Source: a virus (lineage: Duplodnaviria > Caudoviricetes). From it: a stretch of DNA of 53,324 nucleotides. Position numbers and translations under genes: made by a program. Location: positions 1 through 53,324 of IMG/VR virus record IMGVR_UViG_3300017758_000012. One strand, 5' to 3'. A model generated the notes under the pieces. The model had not been told where the DNA came from. It was given only the letters and a program-made list of their open reading frames with translations, and did not search any database. Of the stretch, positions 1 through 9,012 are shown one piece after another (the stretch's first letter is position 1; each line of letters begins with the position of its first letter).

Positions 1-123
1 AAAAACTGTTTTATAATCTATTGATTTTTTTAGTTTTAGATATTTGTCTAGAATTGGATTTTTAAAATCTTCTTCAAATAACTTACCTTCAGCTAAATAT
101 TTTTTTAAATCGAAATTATCCAT
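1..123 (-). CDS. Partial ORF (runs off window) with shared MDNFDLKKYLAEG leader; putative internal head protein
   Basis: Own translation: MDNFDLKKYLAEGKLFEEDFKNPILDKYLKLKKSIDYKTVF, open to the window edge; not in the ORF track. Confidence 0.8.
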   Translation of the reverse strand, partial: MDNFDLKKYLAEGKLFEEDFKNPILDKYLKLKKSIDYKTVF

Positions 124-135
124 ATTATTTTATTT

Positions 136-477
136 TTAAAAGTAAAATTCTCTATTTCTATCTAACCAAAATTCAAATTTCTTATTACTTGAGATATGTT
201 CTAAACCATCAGCTTCATAGAAATCTGTAATTAATTCACCTACATCATACTTTGATAACTCTGCACCATAATACTTATTAATTTTTTCTATGTTAGGACT
301 TAAAAAATCCATAGCAAATTCTTCTAAAAAATCTTCATCATTACCATAATCATCATAAAATCTATCATATGAATCTTTAAATTCATCTTGATCAACAGTA
401 AGATAATCAATAAATTTTATTTCTTCTTTTAATAGTTTACCTTCAGCTAAATATTTTTTTAAATTAAAATTATCCAT
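136..477 (-). CDS. Acidic hypothetical protein with shared leader; putative internal head protein
   Basis: MDNFNLKKYLAEGKLLKEE start followed by an unrelated acidic body. Confidence 0.75.
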   Translation of the reverse strand: MDNFNLKKYLAEGKLLKEEIKFIDYLTVDQDEFKDSYDRFYDDYGNDEDFLEEFAMDFLSPNIEKINKYYGAELSKYDVGELITDFYEADGLEHISSNKKFEFWLDRNREFYF

Positions 478-488
478 TTATTTTTATT

Positions 489-1232
489 TTATCTAAATTC
501 ATATTTTACCCGTCCTGATGTAAAAGCATCCCCATATCTTAAGGTCCCTATATATTTGACCTTATCATCATCATCTAGATTTAAACTCTGAAGCTTCCGT
601 TGTTGTTCAGGTGTTAATTCACTATCATAATCAACTGCTGCAAGCTTTTGATCATCAGTTATATCCCTCCATTTCTTACCAAACACTTTCATTGCTATTC
701 TATTATATTCATCAGGATCAGTATAATTAGGGATACGAGGTACAAAATCTAAATCAGTAAAATCTTCAACATGACTAACATTCCCACCTACTATTTTTCC
801 TTTTTCAATTACTATTTGAGTATCTGATCTAAAACCTCTAGATGAATCATCAGCTCTTAATTTTATTTCCCCAAACATTTCAGCCACTGATTCATTACTA
901 TCTTTTAATTCACCATAATACTCTTCATCAACTTTATCTACAAATTCTTCTTTAGTGTTAGCAGCTATAAAATCGAGTTCTTTATTATCGGCAAAAACAA
1001 ATAAATAAGGTGAATTAGGTAATTTTGTTAAATTTTGTTCATTTTTTATCCAATTTAAAGCTTTTGATTTGTTACCATCATAATCATCATCAGCTATTTC
1101 ACCAACGTAAGTATTAAATTCCTTTTGGGTCCAAACACTAAGATCTTTTTTATCAGAAGAAGCATAAACATATCCCGTGTTTTCAAATAATCTACCTTCA
1201 GCTAAATATTTTTTTAAATCGAAATTATCCAT
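489..1232 (-). CDS. Hypothetical protein with shared leader; putative internal head protein
   Basis: MDNFDLKKYLAEGRLFE start; body unrelated to neighbours. Confidence 0.75.
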   Translation of the reverse strand: MDNFDLKKYLAEGRLFENTGYVYASSDKKDLSVWTQKEFNTYVGEIADDDYDGNKSKALNWIKNEQNLTKLPNSPYLFVFADNKELDFIAANTKEEFVDKVDEEYYGELKDSNESVAEMFGEIKLRADDSSRGFRSDTQIVIEKGKIVGGNVSHVEDFTDLDFVPRIPNYTDPDEYNRIAMKVFGKKWRDITDDQKLAAVDYDSELTPEQQRKLQSLNLDDDDKVKYIGTLRYGDAFTSGRVKYEFR

Positions 1233-1244
1233 TTTAGTTTATTT

Positions 1245-1706
1245 TTATACTTCTACGTCTGTTGTATCATCAATATCTACATCAACATTATCTTCAACGT
1301 CAACATCTACTTCTTCATTTTCTCCTGCTTCAGCTCCATCACCTGGTGCTCCATATCTTAAAATTCTAGCTATATGTTGAACACAATTTTCTTCTTCTGG
1401 TAAGTTAAGTAAATAATATTTTTTACCTTCTACTTGTGCAACCCAACTTCTTTGCATCCAAATAAGATAAAAGTTTTCATCATTTCTTAAATTAATTCTA
1501 AATGTAGTAGGGCGAGGTGCAACCCAATCAATTGATGCTAAAAATGAATCAAACTCATGAGTTAATAAATCTACAATAACTGCTTTTAATTCAGGAAATT
1601 TAGTTAATTCATCATACTCAACAGCAGCTGCTTCAGCTTCTTTTGTATTTGAATACACTTGTTTTACAAGTAATCTTATTCTTTCTTTAAAATCAGCTTT
1701 ATTCAT
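1245..1706 (-). CDS. Hypothetical phage protein with acidic C-terminal tail
   Basis: 153-aa ORF in operon spacing. Confidence 0.75.
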   Translation of the reverse strand: MNKADFKERIRLLVKQVYSNTKEAEAAAVEYDELTKFPELKAVIVDLLTHEFDSFLASIDWVAPRPTTFRINLRNDENFYLIWMQRSWVAQVEGKKYYLLNLPEEENCVQHIARILRYGAPGDGAEAGENEEVDVDVEDNVDVDIDDTTDVEV

Positions 1707-1710
1707 ATCT

Positions 1711-2001
1711 TTATGCTATAAGATCATTCATAGTTGATTGTATAGTACTTGGAGCGTCATTTAAGTTACCTACAAATCCTGGTTTTCTAATTGATACTAA
1801 TGTTATATCTCCATCACTATCTACTGTATATGATCCTCCATAATAAGCTTGATCATTTACATCTATATCAAAAGAACCTTCTTCTAATCCTCTTGATACC
1901 TTTATATCATCTTCTGGTTGTTCTAGTTTGATTGCTGCTACGACTTTTCTTGCAGCTTTTTCAGTGTCTTCTATTGTTGCGGGACCACTTGCTTCTTTAA
2001 G
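1711..2001 (-). CDS. -1 frame continuation of the 1971..3086 ORF (97 codons including stop)
   Basis: Open frame LKEASGPATIEDTEKAARKVV...STMNDLIA* starts right after the A10 run (2003-2012) and ends 4 nt before the next gene; no early ATG of its own. Confidence 0.7.
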   Translation of the reverse strand, partial: LKEASGPATIEDTEKAARKVVAAIKLEQPEDDIKVSRGLEEGSFDIDVNDQAYYGGSYTVDSDGDITLVSIRKPGFVGNLNDAPSTIQSTMNDLIA

Positions 2002-3086
2002 CTTTTTTTTTTACCTACTCCAAATTCTTTCTTAAAATAGCCTTTAGGTAAACCTTCATCTAATTTTCTATTTGGGTCTAATGCTTTTAATGCTTTTAAT
2101 CTATCATTATCATCAAGAATTCCTGCATCAATTAATTTAGTAACATGCCATAAATTTATATCAGCAGTTCCCATTTTTGATAAATCAGATAATTTTTTAG
2201 TACTAATACTTTTGTTAACTTTTGATGCAACATTTTTTAATGCACCTTCTATACCTTTAAGACTATCAGAAGGTGATGTTGCTTCTTCTAAACTTTCACC
2301 AAATGCTGCTCTAATTGAACCACATACTCTAGCGGCTCCCTTTTTACCGTATTTACTTTCATTGTCATCAAGACATTTATCAAATGGATATGATTTCTCA
2401 TTTATAGATCTCATTTGCTTAATAGTTTCTTTAATGTCTTTTAATTTAGCTAATTTTTTTAAAAAAGAAGTTTTAGTTTTAGGTGCCATTTTTTTAATCA
2501 TATCTATGACCCTTTTATCTTTATCTTCTTTTTCTTCTTCTTTTAAGGCATTACCAATTCCTACTTTTCTTCTCTTAATATTATCATCTGATGAGGTATC
2601 TATTTTATTACCCTTTCTATCATATCCACCTACTTCATTAATATCATAATCTTTCATTATAGCACCTAAATATAATCTAGCATCATCAGTAGACATTGCT
2701 CTAATTATTGCATCAACAACAGCTTCAGCACCCATCATTGCTACCATTCTGTCAGCCATTGCAAAAACTTCATCATCTAAAGTTTCTTTCATCATTGATT
2801 TTTCAATTGCTTTACCTCTAGTTTTTTCATAGTCGGATAATTTACCATCTTTGTTTAAATCTGCTTTTTTTGGGTTGGTCAGTGCATCTTTTATTAATTC
2901 ACTAAGTCTATTATCTTTCATAGATTCGGATTGTTTTTTTGCCATATTAGTTGCTCGTCCATACATTACAGCTTCAGCATCTTTACCATATTTGTCAACA
3001 AGAGAACGTTTGTTCTTCTTCATTTTCATTATGATTTCTTCCCTTTTATCGAGTTCTGCTTTAGTAAGCTTTTTTTCGTTGAGCAT
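1971..3086 (-). CDS. Modular Lys/Glu-rich protein with EF-hand-like DLNKDGKLSDYE motif; putative head-packaged polyprotein
   Basis: Short modules separated by MKE/INE/LKE/IKE/LEE/LDE motifs. Confidence 0.65.
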   Translation of the reverse strand: MLNEKKLTKAELDKREEIIMKMKKNKRSLVDKYGKDAEAVMYGRATNMAKKQSESMKDNRLSELIKDALTNPKKADLNKDGKLSDYEKTRGKAIEKSMMKETLDDEVFAMADRMVAMMGAEAVVDAIIRAMSTDDARLYLGAIMKDYDINEVGGYDRKGNKIDTSSDDNIKRRKVGIGNALKEEEKEDKDKRVIDMIKKMAPKTKTSFLKKLAKLKDIKETIKQMRSINEKSYPFDKCLDDNESKYGKKGAARVCGSIRAAFGESLEEATSPSDSLKGIEGALKNVASKVNKSISTKKLSDLSKMGTADINLWHVTKLIDAGILDDNDRLKALKALDPNRKLDEGLPKGYFKKEFGVGKKKSLKKQVVPQQ

Positions 3087-3091
3087 TTTAT

Positions 3092-3259
3092 TTATTTTTT
3101 ATCTTCAGCTACAGATGCTTTTCTATATTCTGAAATAAGTTTTTTTATGTTACCTAGTGCTTTTCTTGCACGGCCGTGAGCTGCTTTAGAAGTTCCAGCA
3201 TGTTCTGCTTTGAATGATTCATAAAGCACTTCAATTTTATCAAAAATTTCTTGTGTCAT
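3092..3259 (-). CDS. Small basic histone H1-like (Hc1-type) DNA-binding protein, 55 aa
   Basis: Own translation MTQEIFDKIEVLYESFKAEHAGTSKAAHGRARKALGNIKKLISEYRKASVAEDKK; the KAAxxRARKA...E[YF]RKxS pattern recalls Bacteroidota histone-H1-like proteins. Confidence 0.7.
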   Translation of the reverse strand: MTQEIFDKIEVLYESFKAEHAGTSKAAHGRARKALGNIKKLISEYRKASVAEDKK

Positions 3260-3278
3260 TACTTTTATTTTATTATTA

Positions 3279-3983
3279 TTAATTTGCTTTTACTACGTGT
3301 GCTCTAGTATAATATGTGATAGTATTTCCTATTTGATCTAATAGTTTTTCATCACCCATTTTTTCTGCTCTTTCTTGAGCTTTAGTTAAAAGACCTAATA
3401 TAGCTGATACATCAGATGATTCTCCAGGTACTGTAGATTTAACTTCAATATCTGATTCTGAAGATTCGTCATCAATATCAATATCTTTTTCAACATCAAT
3501 ATTAATATCTTCATTATCTTCGACATCTACTTCTTCAGCTTCATCTATATCATCCATTTCTTCTTCAACAGTAGATTTACCTACTTTATGAGGTTGTGGG
3601 TTAACAGGACCCCCATCAGCATCCATATTATATGAAGGTGAATTTTGTCTTCTAAATGAAACAGCATCTGCTTCATCTAAATCATCTTTCATTTCAGCTA
3701 AAATTCTTTCTTTAATTTGAGCTTTAAATTCTTTAACTGTAATTTTTGAAGATTTTTTTTCTCCTTCTTTAACGACATCTTTTTTAAAGTCTTTTTTTAG
3801 CTTAGCTAATTTCTTTTCATTATCTTCAATGTCTTTTTTAAGATCTTTTATATGGTCTCTATCATCACGGATAGCACCTTCCATACGTTTTTGTTCTTCC
3901 TCATTGCCTTTTTTACTGTCTTGTTTTTCAGTTAAAAGTGGGTTGTTTTTTAAGTAATTTCTGTAGTTAAATTCGTTTGCCAT
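3279..3983 (-). CDS. Coiled-coil/acidic protein, putative scaffold or internal head protein
   Basis: N-terminus FNYRNYL...LLTE resembles the leader; coiled coil and acidic linker. Confidence 0.6.
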   Translation of the reverse strand: MANEFNYRNYLKNNPLLTEKQDSKKGNEEEQKRMEGAIRDDRDHIKDLKKDIEDNEKKLAKLKKDFKKDVVKEGEKKSSKITVKEFKAQIKERILAEMKDDLDEADAVSFRRQNSPSYNMDADGGPVNPQPHKVGKSTVEEEMDDIDEAEEVDVEDNEDINIDVEKDIDIDDESSESDIEVKSTVPGESSDVSAILGLLTKAQERAEKMGDEKLLDQIGNTITYYTRAHVVKAN

Positions 3984-4030
3984 TTTAGTGTTTATTTTGT
4001 TATAAATATATAAAAATTTATTATTATTAA

Positions 4031-5062
4031 TTATTTTTTAAGTGAGTTAAATATTTTTCCTTTTAATTCCATTAGATCTGGACCTGCTGGTTTATTTCTT
4101 GATTTTCCATCTGGTGTATAACCACAAGATCCTTCCTTTATATCATCCATCATTCTTTGTTTTAAAGCAGCCATAATAGCAAATATAGCATCTTGCTCTG
4201 AGTAGTCATATCTTTTAGCCATTGCTTTAATAAAACCATTTACCTTTCTAGATACTTCTGGATTGAGTGCTTCATTTAATGATTCATTCATATCATACTG
4301 GTTAATTTGTTTTTTAACTCTGTATAATTTATCTTCTAATTTATTTAGCATACTACCATATCTATTAGCTATTTCTCCTCCTTCTGGCTCTGCTTCTTGC
4401 TCCATGTCTCTGTATAATTGAGCAATTCTGTCTTCTAAATCTTTTTGTTCATCTCTTAAATACATAACATCTTCAAAATCTAATCCACCTCTAGATGGTT
4501 CTGGTTGTTTATCTTTTGCTATTTTTGCTGCTCTTGCTTTTACTAAAGCAGGATCATTAACATCTATTTCTTTTAAATTACCGGGTAAACCAAAATCTCC
4601 AAATTCATCACCTTTTATGTCTATAAAATCATCTGATACTACAAATAATTTTACTTTACCATTCTCTAAATCTGTAACTTCAATATCTTCTACATCATAT
4701 TTATTTTGAAGCATAGTGGCTATGTTGTTCATTATTAGTAGAGCTCTTTCTGAACTTAATCTTCTAATTTGACCTGTCATTGTTTCTTGACCAAGTGCCA
4801 TAGTAGCACCTCCAGAACCAATATCATAATCTATAAATACATTTAAGAAATTAGGATTATTTTTATCTTTTTTAGCTCTAGGTGAAGATACTCTTCTATA
4901 ATCTTCAATGCTTTTTTCATTTAAATAAGGTTGTTCACCATCTCCATCATATGCTGTAAAAGTAGAACTGCGCATAGCATCAGTTTCTTTTTGAGAATTA
5001 CTTTTAAATTCTCTAATGTATTGCTCTCTAAAATATTTAGTTAATGAAAAATCTTTTGCCAT
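4031..5062 (-). CDS. Modular hypothetical protein, putative internal head protein
   Basis: [18 protein letters not shown] leader-like start; modules bounded by LNE/LKE/MNE/IKE. Confidence 0.6.
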   Translation of the reverse strand: MAKDFSLTKYFREQYIREFKSNSQKETDAMRSSTFTAYDGDGEQPYLNEKSIEDYRRVSSPRAKKDKNNPNFLNVFIDYDIGSGGATMALGQETMTGQIRRLSSERALLIMNNIATMLQNKYDVEDIEVTDLENGKVKLFVVSDDFIDIKGDEFGDFGLPGNLKEIDVNDPALVKARAAKIAKDKQPEPSRGGLDFEDVMYLRDEQKDLEDRIAQLYRDMEQEAEPEGGEIANRYGSMLNKLEDKLYRVKKQINQYDMNESLNEALNPEVSRKVNGFIKAMAKRYDYSEQDAIFAIMAALKQRMMDDIKEGSCGYTPDGKSRNKPAGPDLMELKGKIFNSLKK

Positions 5063-5117
5063 AATAATATATTACTTTTGTTATAAATATATAAAAAATA
5101 TATAAAATATGCGAGAA

Positions 5118-5693
5118 TTATTTTTTTAAGTTTTCTAAGTACTTTATAGTTTTTTCTAATTCTTTTATAACTCTTTTTTCATCATAACCCCCAACCCATT
5201 TTTCAACATCTCCTTGTTCTGTTATATAAGATTTATTAGATGTAGTTAATTGATCTTCAACAAAGTCCTTAAAATCTTTAATAAAAATGTCTAAATCTGA
5301 ATTATGTATATTTTTTTCGTACACTTCCCAAGCTCCTGCTCTTTTTAAATCTGTAGCAAATTTTAAAAAACAATCATAACATTTTTTATGAAATTTATAA
5401 TAACCAGAATCAAATTTATGTTTCATTTGTTTTTTACAATTAGGACAAAATAAAGGAATTTTTATTGATTTTTTTATTTCATCATATTTAGTAATATTTT
5501 GTTTGATACCTTCTTTAATGGTCCATTTTCGACCATTTTCTTCCCAAATATCACCTTCTTTATAAAATGTATCTTTTTTAGTATAACCTATTCCTTCAGT
5601 AGTTCTGTTCCCACTTTTTCCTTGTATTAAATTTCGGGCACGTTGAACATCCTTTTTTGAAAATTCTTTTCTTAAAACATTGTCTTGACTCAT
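5118..5693 (-). CDS. Hypothetical Zn-ribbon protein
   Basis: CPNC...CYDC motif. Confidence 0.65.
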   Translation of the reverse strand: MSQDNVLRKEFSKKDVQRARNLIQGKSGNRTTEGIGYTKKDTFYKEGDIWEENGRKWTIKEGIKQNITKYDEIKKSIKIPLFCPNCKKQMKHKFDSGYYKFHKKCYDCFLKFATDLKRAGAWEVYEKNIHNSDLDIFIKDFKDFVEDQLTTSNKSYITEQGDVEKWVGGYDEKRVIKELEKTIKYLENLKK

Positions 5694-8200
5694 AAGCCTA
5701 ATTCTTTTAATTTATTTATTGTTGAAGCTGTGTCAGTATGTAATACACCAATTCCACCAGCTTTTATCCATTGATCTATATTTGACTCTCTATCATCAAT
5801 TAATATACTATTAGGATCTGCATAGTTTTGTTTATTAGCAGCTCTAGCTAATATTAGTTTAGTTGAAGGTAAATTTCTTTGTCTCCAAATTCTTTTTCCC
5901 ATTTTCGAATGATCAGCTCTTGAGGGAGATGATAATAAAGTTGGATTATAAGACTTAATATAATCCCATAATTGTTTACCATCAGACATCCAATCCATTC
6001 CTACCCAAAATCTTACTCCTGTACCATCAACTAATTCCCAAAATTTATCTTTACCAAACTTTTGTTCATATTCCGTTGGAGGTATTCCATTTGAAAATCT
6101 TTTAAACCTTTTATTAAAATCAACTAATACTCCATCCATATCTGAGTATATTGTGTATTCTTTGTTTATATTTTCTTTAATATTTTTCTTTTTGTTTTTT
6201 AAACGTTGAGTTTTTCTTTTAGATGCTTCTTTACGTTGTTTAATATAATCAAATGCAGATTTAAGTTTCTTTTTTTTCTTAGGATCCTTAGTTCTACCTA
6301 ATGCTGCTCTAACTCTTTGATGTATTAAATTAATAATTTGAGATTGTCTAGCGTGTGATTTATTTTTAAAAGAAGATTTATTTAAAGTATCAACTACATC
6401 TTGTCTTGTTGAAAATTTTATTCCTACAGTATCCTTTGGATTTTCATCTGTGTATAATCTACGACTTGATCCTTTAGGTTTTTTACCTGTTCCTTTTTTA
6501 GGATCAGCTTCATTTAATGGTTTACCTATTTCATAAGGTATACCTTTTTCTTTTAAAGCATTTTCATATTCTTCATTTGATTCAGGTAATACTACTTTAA
6601 TTATATATTTAGATAAATTTGTAACATTTGTATCAATTACCTCTTCCATTTCATCATATTGACTTATCTCTTCATAATCGGGATTATCTGAAGTATCTTT
6701 ATATGGTCTAATTTTATATTTAGTACGTAATTTATCTTTATCAAGAATAAAATAAGGTTGATCTCCTAACCATTCTGTGGCGTATGAATCTAAACTACGA
6801 GTTAAACTTATAGGACCCTTTAACATATCATCATCTAAAACGTCTAATAAGTATTGGGTAAAATGGTATAAAACACCAAATTGTGGACCTTCATTAACAT
6901 TAGTTGTTGTTTTTAATGTTTTAGCTAATTGTAATGCTTTATAATATTTTTGATTTTTATCTCCTAACTGAGCACCTTTTTTATCAGGATCTTTATCCAT
7001 TTTCTTTAAACGAGCAATTTCTTTATTAATTAGGGATAATGGAATTTTTTTATCTTTAGGAATACCTAATCTTTTTCTAACAGTACCTTGTTTCAAACTA
7101 CCTGCTTTTTTTCCTTTAGCAGCCATTTTTTCATAAGTATCTCCTTCTTTTAATTCTTCCTCTAATCCTCGAGCTAATTCAAGAGCATAAGCATTTAAAC
7201 CAAATGGATCTTTATTTTTCTTTTCATTTATACTATCAGTCCAATTTCTAAATGTCATTGTACCTACTAAATTAGCTTCTTGTTCAATTTTATCTAAATT
7301 AACATCTTCAGTAGTATCAGTTGTTTGAACATCACCTAATCTATCTTCTAAAAATTGAGTATGATGAACCATTTCATGGGAAAATGATCTAACTATATCT
7401 TTGGGATGTCTACCTTCTGTATACAAAACTATAGTTTGAGTATTAGGATCATAATAAGCTGTTTTTCCAAAAAAATCTTTTGCATTTTCAGAATCACCAT
7501 CTACAAATTCTACTTTAGGTAAAGGTTCTATATTTCTACCTTTTTCTATCATATAATCCGTTAAATCTTGAATCATTTGTTTATAATCTATATCTTTAGA
7601 ATATGTAGCATTTTCATTTAATACAGGTGAAACTATGTCAAATACCATACTTTTATCTTCTTTTGATAAAATATCTGGTAGAAATGGGGTAAAATATAAT
7701 TTTCCCTTTTTAGCTGCTTCTCTAGCATTTCTACCTCTCATACCTTCATCTTGTGTGGTAACAACCTTTAAATCTAAATTATTATATTTTTCAGGATTTT
7801 TCTTTAATGCTTTTGCTCTATCTATTATATCTTTTTCATCATCATCAGCTCCTTCTCTTTTACCTATTATCCAATAAATAATATCTTGAGGATTATTTTT
7901 AGCAAAGCTATAAATATCACCAATAGGCATTTTTGAAGGTTGTATTTTAACTTTTGGTGGTAAATAATTTTGGTAGATTTCCCAAATTAATATAGCTTCT
8001 GCTTGAGATATACCATTCCTTTCACCACTACCTACTAATATTATTAATTCATCAATTTCAGGATATTGTTTTAAAGCTTCATCTACTACTTCAAAATGTC
8101 CTCCTATAGGAGGTTTAAAACCCCCACCATATAAAGCAACTATTTTATTTTTATTTTCAGGCAATAATCCTTCTAATAATGATTTTGTTAATTTATTCAT
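5690..8200 (-). CDS. Multidomain protein: HIGH-class nucleotidyltransferase-like, HExxH metallopeptidase-like, possible ADP-ribosyltransferase-like and HAD 5'-nucleotidase-like domains
   Basis: ALYGGGFKPPIGGHF; RSFSHEMVHH; LYHFT...ISLTRS...DEMEE; IYSDMDGVLVDF...ILIDDRESNI. Confidence 0.7.
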   Translation of the reverse strand: MNKLTKSLLEGLLPENKNKIVALYGGGFKPPIGGHFEVVDEALKQYPEIDELIILVGSGERNGISQAEAILIWEIYQNYLPPKVKIQPSKMPIGDIYSFAKNNPQDIIYWIIGKREGADDDEKDIIDRAKALKKNPEKYNNLDLKVVTTQDEGMRGRNAREAAKKGKLYFTPFLPDILSKEDKSMVFDIVSPVLNENATYSKDIDYKQMIQDLTDYMIEKGRNIEPLPKVEFVDGDSENAKDFFGKTAYYDPNTQTIVLYTEGRHPKDIVRSFSHEMVHHTQFLEDRLGDVQTTDTTEDVNLDKIEQEANLVGTMTFRNWTDSINEKKNKDPFGLNAYALELARGLEEELKEGDTYEKMAAKGKKAGSLKQGTVRKRLGIPKDKKIPLSLINKEIARLKKMDKDPDKKGAQLGDKNQKYYKALQLAKTLKTTTNVNEGPQFGVLYHFTQYLLDVLDDDMLKGPISLTRSLDSYATEWLGDQPYFILDKDKLRTKYKIRPYKDTSDNPDYEEISQYDEMEEVIDTNVTNLSKYIIKVVLPESNEEYENALKEKGIPYEIGKPLNEADPKKGTGKKPKGSSRRLYTDENPKDTVGIKFSTRQDVVDTLNKSSFKNKSHARQSQIINLIHQRVRAALGRTKDPKKKKKLKSAFDYIKQRKEASKRKTQRLKNKKKNIKENINKEYTIYSDMDGVLVDFNKRFKRFSNGIPPTEYEQKFGKDKFWELVDGTGVRFWVGMDWMSDGKQLWDYIKSYNPTLLSSPSRADHSKMGKRIWRQRNLPSTKLILARAANKQNYADPNSILIDDRESNIDQWIKAGGIGVLHTDTASTINKLKELGL

Positions 8201-8994
8201 GAACGTAAAAATTGTTCTATTCTTGTTTGTGCTTCTTCTTTAGACATAGTATATTCAATTACATCATATATAAAATCATCATCTAACATAGCTTGAATTT
8301 CTTCTTTATCTTTAGCTTTTCTTTCATCAGATTGTTTTTGTTGAGCAGGTGTTTTTGGTTTAGTATTTTTAGGAGAAAATGGTTTAAGATATTTATCTAT
8401 AATTTTATCTATATCTTGCATTCTATTATCTAATGTATTAGCTACAGCAACAAAATTATTACCGAATAAATTAGCATATTTAGGTAGATTATCTGTTACA
8501 CTTTTCCAAGTACGCATTACAATAGCAGGTGCTAGACTTCTATCTTTACCCCCTGATTTTGTATATCTATCTTGATTCTGACTTAATGAACGTTGTAAAT
8601 CAGTATAAACATAAAGCATAAACACATCATATCCTGCTTCTTTTAATTCATTTTTTAGTTTAACAGTATTATTAAATGAAGCCGCTGTACCATCTAATAT
8701 AAATGATTCTTTACCTTCAATAGTATCTTGTATTTCACCCTTAAATTCTTTATTAGCTTGAGCCATTGCTTTAGCTTGCTTACTTCTTTCTTCAGGTGTT
8801 GCATTTTTAAGATCTAAAGTAACATTAGCTTGTTTAAGTTTATTAATAAATGTATTATCTATATTTAATACTTTTAAACCACCTAAGTCTAAACCTTTTA
8901 ATATATATCCTTTACCTGCTCCAGGTGCACCTGCTAATATAATTGCTTTGGGCATTCCAATTGATTCTTTTAAAATTTGAACTAAGCTTATCAT
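8197..8994 (-). CDS. P-loop kinase, zeta-toxin/AAA_33-like
   Basis: Walker A ILAGAPGAGKG; FILDGT; lid region SLSQNQDR. Confidence 0.75.
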   Translation of the reverse strand: MISLVQILKESIGMPKAIILAGAPGAGKGYILKGLDLGGLKVLNIDNTFINKLKQANVTLDLKNATPEERSKQAKAMAQANKEFKGEIQDTIEGKESFILDGTAASFNNTVKLKNELKEAGYDVFMLYVYTDLQRSLSQNQDRYTKSGGKDRSLAPAIVMRTWKSVTDNLPKYANLFGNNFVAVANTLDNRMQDIDKIIDKYLKPFSPKNTKPKTPAQQKQSDERKAKDKEEIQAMLDDDFIYDVIEYTMSKEEAQTRIEQFLRS

Positions 8995-9012
8995 TTATTT
9001 TTATTATAAATA

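Larger units (their letters stand above)
84..1232 (-). repeat. Three dispersed 40-bp direct repeats encoding the leader peptide (84-123, 438-477, 1193-1232)
   Basis: Copies 1 and 3 are identical (+ strand taccttcagctaaatatttttttaaatcgaaattatccat); copy 2 differs at 2 positions; each begins at an ATG. Confidence 0.95.

Noticed and set aside
84-1232. CRISPR-like array
   Set aside because: The repeats are in-frame gene starts separated by hundreds of coding bases of unequal length.
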